Origin: a virus
IMG/VR virus record: IMGVR_UViG_3300024978_000001
Reading direction: 5' to 3' (one strand)
DNA: 64,000 bases
Shown in pieces: positions 17,130 through 23,923 of this stretch. Position numbers and translations under genes: made by a program. The notes beneath the pieces were generated by a model. That model saw nothing but the letters and a program-made list of their open reading frames with translations. It ran no database searches and was not told the origin of the DNA. Position 1 is the first letter of the stretch. The number at the start of each line of letters is the position of its first letter.

Positions 17130-18247
17130 CAGGCCGCTTCCTGGAGCTGCGGCCAGCTCACCCACTCCGGCTTGGCGGCTTGGGTTTGCTCGCGCCCCTC
17201 AAGCAGCACTTCCCAGCGCGCGGTGATGCCGTGCTTGGGGTGATCGAACCACAACATCTGCGACGGCCGCGAAAACGGCGCGCGCAACTGCAGCATGGCG
17301 TACTCGTCGAAGCCCTTGAGCGAATTGTTGACGATGGCGGTCGGCAGCCAGAGCGCCTGGTGCCAGTGCCCCATCAGAAGGATGTCGAACTCACGCTCGA
17401 CCTGGCTCTCGGAGCGGTGCGTCTTGATGGCGCCTCGCATAATGGGCCCGATGGCGCCGATGATCCCGTCGCCGCCCTTCGTCCCCAGGCTGTCACCGTG
17501 GGTGAGCATGTATCGCGTACCATACACCTTGAAGTGTGCGTCGGCGCTCTCGGGGATATAGAACTGGACGTTGCGGGATTTCTTGAAGTGCCGGGCCAGC
17601 GCGCAATACACGTTCCACTCATGCGAGGTGAAGACGCGGTCCTTCATCTGCATCTTCTTGGTCGAGCGGCCGTGGTTACCAACGACACACGGAACGAAGA
17701 CACGGCCGAATTGGGTCGCGACCGTTTCAAGCCCCGCGCCAATGAGGTCAATGAGGTCCTCAATCGCCTGTTGCGTAGTCCGATCGTTCGTCTTCGCGAG
17801 CTCCTCATGTATATCTCCGCCAAGCATATCCCCCCCGAGGCAGACGACAATACCAGGGTACTTATGCTTCGCGTTTCCCATATGGCTGAATGCAAGATCG
17901 CACGTCGTCTCGGTAAGACGGCGAACCCGTGTCTTGGCGATGTTGCGGTTGAACTCATTGACGCCCCCGACCTGGGATTTGAACACCCGCTCGCCATAGT
18001 GCCAGTCGCTCCACATCGTGATCGGGCAGCCGCGCTCAGCGCCGGCACGGTAGCGAACGATCCACTCGGGCGGGTCGGGATCGTAGGCTGCGATCTTGTA
18101 GATCTGCTCGCGGATCTCGCGGGCGGTGTCGTCGCTCTTGCGGAGCGCGGCGACTTCTTTGCGGAGCGCGAGCAGCTCGGCGTTGCGCTGGCGAATGATT
18201 TCGTTGGCGTCAGCCAGCTTATCGTCAAGTGTTTTCTTCGCGCTCAT
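17129..18247 (-). CDS. metallophosphoesterase with an N-terminal coiled coil
   Basis: SDWHYG (DxH), LGGDMLGGD (GD), VGNHG (GNH), LTHGD and MGHWH (GHxH). The N-terminus LADANEIIRQRNAELLALRKEVAALRK is coiled-coil-like. Confidence 0.7.
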   Translation of the reverse strand: MSAKKTLDDKLADANEIIRQRNAELLALRKEVAALRKSDDTAREIREQIYKIAAYDPDPPEWIVRYRAGAERGCPITMWSDWHYGERVFKSQVGGVNEFNRNIAKTRVRRLTETTCDLAFSHMGNAKHKYPGIVVCLGGDMLGGDIHEELAKTNDRTTQQAIEDLIDLIGAGLETVATQFGRVFVPCVVGNHGRSTKKMQMKDRVFTSHEWNVYCALARHFKKSRNVQFYIPESADAHFKVYGTRYMLTHGDSLGTKGGDGIIGAIGPIMRGAIKTHRSESQVEREFDILLMGHWHQALWLPTAIVNNSLKGFDEYAMLQLRAPFSRPSQMLWFDHPKHGITARWEVLLEGREQTQAAKPEWVSWPQLQEAA

Positions 18248-18519
18248 ATGTATGGCCCCGCAACAATATCGTGTAACGTTCTCAAAATCTCTTTGCGCTC
18301 ACGCGCCCGTCGGCGCTGTTGCTGCCGCCGGTCCGGCACACGCAGGCGCCTGGCGGCTTCTAACTGTTGCCCCTTCTCGGCCCCTTTCGGTGAGTGTTTG
18401 TAATTCCACGTCACCAACCGGCCCTTCGGCGACTTGCGGTATCGTGCACCAGTTGCCTTACCCTTTTCCGTCAGCCCGTAACGCCGGCGTCTGATCCGAT
18501 CCAGGGCTCGCAGGCGCAT
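18244..18519 (-). CDS. possible small basic protein (91 aa)
   Basis: ATG at 18519 within ORF 18244..18837. Repeated Y-x-x-SPKG motif (RYRKSPKGR, NYKHSPKGA). Overlaps 18458..19165 by 62 nt, so uncertain. Confidence 0.3.
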   Translation of the reverse strand: MRLRALDRIRRRRYGLTEKGKATGARYRKSPKGRLVTWNYKHSPKGAEKGQQLEAARRLRVPDRRQQQRRRARERKEILRTLHDIVAGPYI

Positions 18520-19165
18520 TGCCTTTTGCTGCGATGACAAGATCGCTACCGGCTCCAAGGTCGATAACAATCTGGTATCTCTCTCCTGTGGGGGCAGGCC
18601 CAGAAGGTGGAGTGTCGACACCTGCGATTTTTGCAACGACCTTAAATGCTTCAACAACGTCGCCAAGTTTTTCGGCTGCATTGCCCATGCGGTTGCCGAT
18701 GACCGGCATCTGCTGTTCAAGCGCGGCGAGCGCTTGCATCCGGAGCCGCGCTTCTGTCGAGGCGGCGCCTTGCCAGACTTTGACTTCTTGCTGCAGCGTC
18801 GCCTTGAAGAACTTGTTGTGCTTGCAGAGGTACTCATACTGGGCCTGGGTCAGTTTGTATTTCTGCAGGATCGCCGGCAGCAGCCCGATGTCGTGCGCGA
18901 TCTCCCGCGCGAGCTGCGCCATGGCGACGGTCGTGATGTCCGGAGGACCCACGAGAGCTTTGACGGCCTGGACTTCGTCGTCGGTCAGTTCTTTTGGCGT
19001 TTGCTCGCTGAGATTGGTCCCGGTCGGGGGATGTGCGCCCCCTGTTCGGCCTGCAATATCTGCCCCGCTCGCAGGCTCTGCGTCTTGCACCAGGTCATTT
19101 ACCGTGGCGGTAACAAACCCCGTCTCGATCGTCTCGTCGAGAAACTCGGTAGGATCGGCGCTCAC
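18458..19165 (-). CDS. hypothetical protein; small-terminase candidate by position only
   Basis: 235-aa ORF upstream of the phosphoesterase and TerL. No recognisable motif. Confidence 0.5.
   Translation of the reverse strand: MSADPTEFLDETIETGFVTATVNDLVQDAEPASGADIAGRTGGAHPPTGTNLSEQTPKELTDDEVQAVKALVGPPDITTVAMAQLAREIAHDIGLLPAILQKYKLTQAQYEYLCKHNKFFKATLQQEVKVWQGAASTEARLRMQALAALEQQMPVIGNRMGNAAEKLGDVVEAFKVVAKIAGVDTPPSGPAPTGERYQIVIDLGAGSDLVIAAKGNAPASPGSDQTPALRADGKG
19099..19113. repeat. TTACCG-N3-CGGTAA palindrome copy
   Basis: TTACCGTGGCGGTAA, inside CDS 18458..19165 (V-T-A-T-V). Confidence 0.95.
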
Positions 19166-19734
19166 GCCGCCTCCTGCTGTTCATGTCCTTGAAGGTAGCG
19201 GCCCAGCATGCCGAGCACCTTGTCGCGCTCCGCGGCAGCGAGGGTGTAGCCCTGGCCCCAGATCGTCTTGAGCTCGACCCCGTGGGGTCGAAGTTTTTTG
19301 CGGATATGGCAGATGACCACGTCGATCATCTTCGGGTCGGTCTCGTCCGGCGCCAGCATCCGGGTGGTCTCGATCGCCGCGTGCACCTGCGCCTTGGTGA
19401 TCTGCGGCCGGCGCAGCAGCGCGATGAACACCGCGACCTGCAACCTTGTCAGCCTAAAGACGGCAGCGAGCGCGAGCCCCAGCGTGTGGTCGTCGAGATT
19501 GAGTGCTGACGACCCCGGCTGTTTGCGCGAGCGGCGGAATGTGCCGGGGGGCCAGTCGCTCTGCGGCAGCTCGACCAGCCGGCCATCCTCGATGGCGTAG
19601 CGGAGCACTTCATAGATCTCGTCGCTCGGGGTGTGCGTCGCCCTGGCGATGGCCCTAACTGGCACGCCTTCATCGGCGAGGGAGATCATCGTGTCTTCGA
19701 GCGGCACGACTTTGAGTGGCGGCTGCGGGATCAT
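19162..19734 (-). CDS. DNA-binding regulator with an OmpR/PhoB-type winged-helix C-terminal domain
   Basis: IDVVICHIRKKLRPHGVELKTIWGQGYTL matches the Trans_reg_C pattern. The N-terminus has an HTH-like segment, LADEGVPVRAIARATHTPSDEIYEVLR. ATG at 19734 (ORF open from TTG at 19749). First sizeable gene of the late block. Confidence 0.65.
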   Translation of the reverse strand: MIPQPPLKVVPLEDTMISLADEGVPVRAIARATHTPSDEIYEVLRYAIEDGRLVELPQSDWPPGTFRRSRKQPGSSALNLDDHTLGLALAAVFRLTRLQVAVFIALLRRPQITKAQVHAAIETTRMLAPDETDPKMIDVVICHIRKKLRPHGVELKTIWGQGYTLAAAERDKVLGMLGRYLQGHEQQEAA

Positions 19735-19735
19735 G

Positions 19736-19816
19736 TCAGTGGTTCGCAAAGAACATGACCAGTATGGTGGCGCAGACGATCGTCGTGCAAATCACCCAAG
19801 CAGTAGGAACGCTCAT
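19736..19816 (-). CDS. possible 26-aa hydrophobic leader peptide
   Basis: ATG at 19816. Translation MSVPTAWVICTTIVCATILVMFFANH. Its TGA sits 1 nt before the regulator ATG. Too short to judge. Confidence 0.2.
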   Translation of the reverse strand: MSVPTAWVICTTIVCATILVMFFANH

Positions 19817-19878
19817 CTTGAAACCCCAAAGGTTGATACCTTGCGGGATCGTTGGGGTTTCGTTTTCGAAGCGTCTAG

Positions 19879-19907
19879 AAAAACAAATGCCAGTGGCATT
19901 TGTTTTT
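19879..19907. terminator. bidirectional hairpin terminator or operator
   Basis: aaaaacaaatgcc-agt-ggcatttgttttt: a perfect 13-bp inverted repeat with an A-tract on one side and a T-tract on the other. Contains the GGCATTT motif seen in the control region. Confidence 0.6.
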
Positions 19908-19985
19908 ATAGCCACGCCGGCGCACGTGCTTCTTATACCGGTTTAGGCACAGCCTGCGAGGTCCACCGTAAGGGGGCCGGCAGAT

Positions 19986-20022
19986 ACGCCCAGGGAATAA
20001 CAACCCTGGGCGTTTTTGTTTT
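19986..20022 (+). terminator. hairpin with a T-tract on the plus strand
   Basis: acgcccaggg-aataacaa-ccctgggcgt followed by ttttgtttt. No called plus-strand gene ends here. Confidence 0.45.
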
Positions 20023-20047
20023 GGCGCTTAAGAGCCCCGGGGTGCGG

Positions 20048-20302
20048 TCATGCGACCTGTTCCCGGGGCTCTCGCGCGGCACCCGACTTCGGCGGCGGGG
20101 AAGTGGAAGCGTGCACGGCGTCGATGGCGCGGCAGAGGCGCGTGCTCTGCGCCACAAACTCGATGATGCTCTCGCGGTCGCACCGCAGCCGCAGTCGCCG
20201 GTATGCGGTGTCGAACTCGTCGGCGACGGCATGCAGGTGCATCACAGCCGTGGAGGGGGGCTGGGTCCGCACGATCTCGCGGGCTTCGAGCAGCAGGTTC
20301 AT
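20048..20302 (-). CDS. hypothetical protein (84 aa)
   Basis: ORF track. ATG lies 13 nt downstream of the 25-nt element copy 2. Confidence 0.5.
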   Translation of the reverse strand: MNLLLEAREIVRTQPPSTAVMHLHAVADEFDTAYRRLRLRCDRESIIEFVAQSTRLCRAIDAVHASTSPPPKSGAAREPREQVA

Positions 20303-20315
20303 GCCGCGATCTCAG

Positions 20316-20340
20316 GGCGAGATAGTTGCGGTTTTCTTAA
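20316..20340. repeat. 25-nt element ggcgagatagttgcggttttcttaa, copy 2 of 2
   Basis: Identical to 11136..11160. Includes the TAA stop of the GIY-YIG gene. Confidence 0.95.
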
Positions 20341-20789
20341 TGCGTTCTTCGGTACTCGCGGTCGTATTCATTCTTGCATGGCTTGCAATAATTCGGGCCG
20401 GGTGGCTTCGCGCCGCCACACTTCGGACATTTCAAAATCGGGCCGAGCGACCGCGGCCGCGCTCCTGCGCGTCGTCGCCTCTCGCGCTGGTACTCGTTGA
20501 AACACTTCGCGCAATATGCTCGGCCGACCTTGTAGTCTTTTTCAGCGCCGCACTTCGGGCAACGATCTCGAAGTCGATCGTTGTATTTTGGGTTCTGTTC
20601 CCGGATCAGCTTCCATTCAAGTCGCTCCGCCGTTGCACGGTCTGCGATCTCAGTCGTGTTGACCTTTGCAACTTCTGTGAACCACGCCTTTTGATAGGCG
20701 TGCTCTGCAAGTCGGCGCCCCCAATTCTTGGTGCGGCCGACGTAGAGCAGTTCGCCTGTTTTGCTGAGCAACGCATATACGGTGTACAT
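20337..20789 (-). CDS. GIY-YIG family endonuclease with C-terminal zinc-ribbon repeats
   Basis: MYTVYALLSKTGELLYVGRTKNWGRRLAEH ... NPKYN (GIY-YIG core), then CPKCG...CAKC and CPKCG...CKPC. Confidence 0.8.
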   Translation of the reverse strand: MYTVYALLSKTGELLYVGRTKNWGRRLAEHAYQKAWFTEVAKVNTTEIADRATAERLEWKLIREQNPKYNDRLRDRCPKCGAEKDYKVGRAYCAKCFNEYQRERRRRAGARPRSLGPILKCPKCGGAKPPGPNYCKPCKNEYDREYRRTH

Positions 20790-21005
20790 GCAATGACGAT
20801 ATAGGTTGGTACCTTACGAGATTATTGTTCGGGGTCTTTTCGAAAAATACCCCCTACAAATTTCAGAAGGGGGTCTCGCGAAGCGAGACAACGGGGCCCC
20901 GTCCAAGTACCCCCGGAGGGGCACAAGGGCGAGACCGTCGCAGTCTCTCACGTCTGCCGCGTCGGGGCCTCAAGGTGACACGGTTTCACCTTGAGGCCGC
21001 GGGGA

Positions 21006-21185
21006 TCACTTGTCGATTGTGGCGTTCAACGAGACCTTGACATCGCCAAAGTTTGAGAAGCCGCTCGTTGATGCCAGAAGGCGCGTCTTGCCGGACTTGG
21101 ACTCCTTAGCCGCTTCGCGCGCCGCCTTCGAAGTGTCAATCACCAAGGTGAGAATATCGCCCTTCATTTCGCCTTTGACGTTCAT
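21006..21185 (-). CDS. small hypothetical protein (59 aa)
   Basis: ATG at 21185 with GAGGAG upstream. MNVKGEMKGDILTLVIDTSKAAREAAKESKSGKTRLLAST... The upstream part of the 129-aa ORF looks non-coding. Confidence 0.5.
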   Translation of the reverse strand: MNVKGEMKGDILTLVIDTSKAAREAAKESKSGKTRLLASTSGFSNFGDVKVSLNATIDK

Positions 21186-21395
21186 GGTAACTCTCCTCAG
21201 AGTTGCAACCGCCGGACCATCCGGCCGGTTCGCTTTCGGCGCGTCGGGGCCGTCTCGCGCACGCGTCGCGCGAGCGTAAGCGAGCGGAATGTGTGCGAAG
21301 AACGCGCGCATCACGCGCGAGCGCGCACGTAAGGAGCGCGCAGGATAAGTCCAGGAAGCCTGTTCCTGAGCCCTCACAAGGTTAAACCTTTTCAA

Positions 21396-22128
21396 GGATT
21401 ATATTCATAAAAGGCGTAATGGCAAAATGCCAGTGCCTTAATTTGGTCACACTCTCAGGTGGCCGGGCGCGCGGTTTCGTGATCGTGGAACTTTGAAACA
21501 AAATTTCGGGGCGCTGGCAATTGTTGTGGCATTTAGCCGGCAGGGGAGGTGGGGCAAAATATAACCTAACTTCAATGGGTTAGCTTTTTCTATTGTATCA
21601 TTGTACCTTTTTGGGCGAGATAAACGGCAAAATGGCACTGATTTTTTGGCCTCGCCCTAGGGTCGGCATTGAGGAAAAAATGGTCAGGGAGACCCCCACT
21701 TCTGCTTATTTGGAATTTTTTCAAAATATGACATTATTTCAATGACTTAGTTTTTTTGTGTCTTTTTCAAGGTGGCACTTTCACAATTTCGCCACACTCT
21801 CACCTCCCCGAATTTCGTCCCCTAGGATTATCCCTCTGGCATTTGGGCATTTAGGCATTTCGCCATTTTCCAAAAATTACTTCACGACATTATCACGTCT
21901 CTGTGAGCTGAAAATGAACATCTGTTAATCTTAGTGGCTTTTTTAAGATGCCAAGGTGTTCTGGCATTGTTCCTCAATTCCTGACCATTAAGATACACCC
22001 CAGTTCCATCTTATTCAGTCCTGTGCCGGCACATGGGGCGCCGCGACGCGGCGATTTTGCGCCGCGGCTTCTCCTCGACGAGGAGCGGCTGAGCGGCAGC
22101 GAAACCCACTCTGAGGAGAGCAAGGAAA
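21396..22128. promoter_or_regulatory. AT-rich divergent control region between the leftward and rightward blocks (promoters and/or origin)
   Basis: Visibly AT-rich compared with the rest of the window, with no convincing ORF. At least 12 GGCA(A/T)(A/T)T-type motifs. cacactctca occurs twice (21448, 21793). ttcaatgNNttagNttttt occurs twice (about 21571, about 21739). Confidence 0.6.
21837..21869. repeat. four tandem 8-nt units (N)GGCATTT
   Basis: tggcattt gggcattt aggcattt cgccattt. Confidence 0.9.
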
Positions 22129-22515
22129 ATGACCTCATACACGAAGAAGTTGTACGAAATCGCCCCCTCTGCCACACGCCAGATCCGCCGCAGAGAGCTG
22201 CACGATTACCGTTGGGGCGGCAGCACCAGAAACGTCACCTTGGCCAGTTTCGGAGTGGAAGTTGCAAAGGCTGCGCCCGCCATGGCGGGCGCAGCCTTTG
22301 GTCAACGTCTCACGTCACCTGCGCTCACGGCGTTCTACGTCAAGTCGCAGGGCTATCCGGCGAAGGTCATCCACGCTGCCGACAGTTTCGCTGCGCGGCG
22401 TGAATACGCCGACCACTACAAGGTGCCAGTCACGCATGTGACCGCGGTTATGCGGGGCCAACGCAGCGCAAGCGGAGCCAGCGCAAGTGCGGCTCGCTCG
22501 TTACCGTCGCGGTAA
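22129..22515 (+). CDS. hypothetical early protein (128 aa)
   Basis: First rightward ORF. GAGGAGAG RBS upstream of the ATG. The stop codon is supplied by a palindrome copy. Confidence 0.6.
   Translation: MTSYTKKLYEIAPSATRQIRRRELHDYRWGGSTRNVTLASFGVEVAKAAPAMAGAAFGQRLTSPALTAFYVKSQGYPAKVIHAADSFAARREYADHYKVPVTHVTAVMRGQRSASGASASAARSLPSR
22501..22515. repeat. TTACCG-N3-CGGTAA palindrome copy
   Basis: TTACCGTCGCGGTAA. Read as L-P-S-R-stop at the end of 22129..22515. Lies 17 nt upstream of ATG 22533. Confidence 0.95.
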
Positions 22516-22532
22516 ATCGGGAGGGCACTGAC

Positions 22533-22865
22533 ATGGCACTCTCCGAAAAAGCCGCAAGGTCGAAAGACCGCAGCTTCAAAATTCCTGACCTGCAACATCG
22601 TCACTTCGCGTTCATTGCAGGGTGCATCCGAGAGATACCCACACCGTCGGCGCGGGTTGAAGCGACGGAAGCGTTCGACGGTTACCTCTGCCGCAGCAAC
22701 AGCGCGTTCGACAGCTATCGGTTCAGGGATGCCTGTAATTGCGCTGCCGACAGCATGACGTTGGAAGAGCTCGACCTTGCGATCGCCCACGCCACGTATT
22801 GGCTCGACCACTTGCAGCAGGAACGTCTGGCCCGCGGTATTGCCGAACAGAAAGCGGAGGGCTGA
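22533..22865 (+). CDS. hypothetical early protein (110 aa)
   Basis: ORF track. GGGAGGG upstream. Confidence 0.6.
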   Translation: MALSEKAARSKDRSFKIPDLQHRHFAFIAGCIREIPTPSARVEATEAFDGYLCRSNSAFDSYRFRDACNCAADSMTLEELDLAIAHATYWLDHLQQERLARGIAEQKAEG

Positions 22866-22867
22866 GC

Positions 22868-23140
22868 ATGAGCGAAGAGCAAACCACTTTCACCTTTCAC
22901 AGCGATCCAAGCCATGGCTGGCTTGAGGTTGATTGGACTGACCTCAAGCGGCTCGGGCTCAACCCGACCGATTTCAGCCGCTACAGCTATCGCAACGGCA
23001 ACACGTTCTACCTGGAAGAGGATTGCGACGCGCCGAAGTTCATAGCGGCCTACGAAACCAAGCACGGCCGCAACTCGTTTCGGTTCGAAGAACCATTCGA
23101 GGAAAGCCACTTCATTCGCAATCTGCCGAAGATCTACTAG
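22868..23140 (+). CDS. hypothetical early protein (90 aa)
   Basis: ATG at 22868 (MSEEQTTFTFHSDPSHGW...) within ORF 22739..23140, 3 nt after the previous stop. Confidence 0.6.
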   Translation: MSEEQTTFTFHSDPSHGWLEVDWTDLKRLGLNPTDFSRYSYRNGNTFYLEEDCDAPKFIAAYETKHGRNSFRFEEPFEESHFIRNLPKIY

Positions 23141-23306
23141 GGCGAAACCGGCGCAAGCCGGTCTGACGGTGGTGCCGTTACTGATGAGCCCATTCGTTCC
23201 GTTAACAAATTTCACAAGCATGTGAGTCTGTACGTTTTCATCGCACCGACTCTTAACGCTTCGTTTTCGACCTGCGCTTCGTTGCGCCAATGCTGAGGAG
23301 CAACAC

Positions 23307-23687
23307 ATGCCGAGATACATCGTCGAAGAAATTTCACCGCACAGAGTTGCGTGCCGACGTGTTGTCGATGCCGACAACGAGACCGCTGCCTTGGATGCGT
23401 TCCGCCGCGGTGAAGGTGCCAAGGTGGAAGGCTATCCTGTTATCGGCGAGCGCATCAGCGCCGCCACGCCACGCATCATCGCCGAGACTGACGACACCGT
23501 GTTGGTGCAACTCACACAGCGCGAACTCACGTTGCTGCGGGTGGCGTGTTTGGGCCGGCTCGACCGCATTGTCGCCAAGGCGGACAGCGGCGAGCTGATG
23601 GAGAGCTACCAGGAAACCAAGGAACTGCTCGACGGCAAGCTGAAAATAGCTCGCCGCGATCTGTTCAAGAAAACAGGGGAGGGCTGA
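23307..23687 (+). CDS. hypothetical early protein (126 aa)
   Basis: ORF track. GAGGAGCAACAC precedes the ATG. Follows a 166-nt lower-GC spacer. Confidence 0.6.
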   Translation: MPRYIVEEISPHRVACRRVVDADNETAALDAFRRGEGAKVEGYPVIGERISAATPRIIAETDDTVLVQLTQRELTLLRVACLGRLDRIVAKADSGELMESYQETKELLDGKLKIARRDLFKKTGEG

Positions 23688-23923
23688 TGTTTGCAGTAGG
23701 GCTGAGGACGGATTTGTTCCTGATCGCGACGGACAACGCCACTTGTTACGAGGTTGTGGCGAACCGCTACTGCGACATTCGCTGGCTTTATCGCAAGCAC
23801 AAGCGCGAGCTGCGCGAGGCCCAGGCGGACCGGCCGGGGATGCTGTTTGCAGCGTTCGCTGCCGGCATGTCGTGTGGCGTGCTGCTCACGATCGTCGTCA
23901 CTGGTGGTGTGTACCTTGGCTGA
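23687..23923 (+). CDS. hypothetical protein with a C-terminal hydrophobic helix (78 aa)
   Basis: ATG at 23687 overlaps the previous TGA (TGATG). MFAVGLRTDLFLIATDN ... FAAFAAGMSCGVLLTIVVTGGVYLG. Confidence 0.55.
   Translation: MFAVGLRTDLFLIATDNATCYEVVANRYCDIRWLYRKHKRELREAQADRPGMLFAAFAAGMSCGVLLTIVVTGGVYLG

Noticed and set aside
18458-19165. Confident small-terminase call
   Set aside because: Only gene position supports it. I could recognise no DNA-binding or oligomerisation motif, and a phosphoesterase gene lies between it and terL.
21396-22128. Sigma-54 promoters suggested by the many TGGCA motifs
   Set aside because: In none of the copies I checked is a GC dinucleotide placed 10 nt after the GG, as required by the TGGCAC-N5-TTGC consensus.
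23141-23306. CtrA-type (TTAA-N7-TTAAC) box in the lower-GC spacer before 23307
   Set aside because: Only single TTAAC half-sites are present (at about 23201 and about 23252), and they are far apart. There is no correctly spaced pair.
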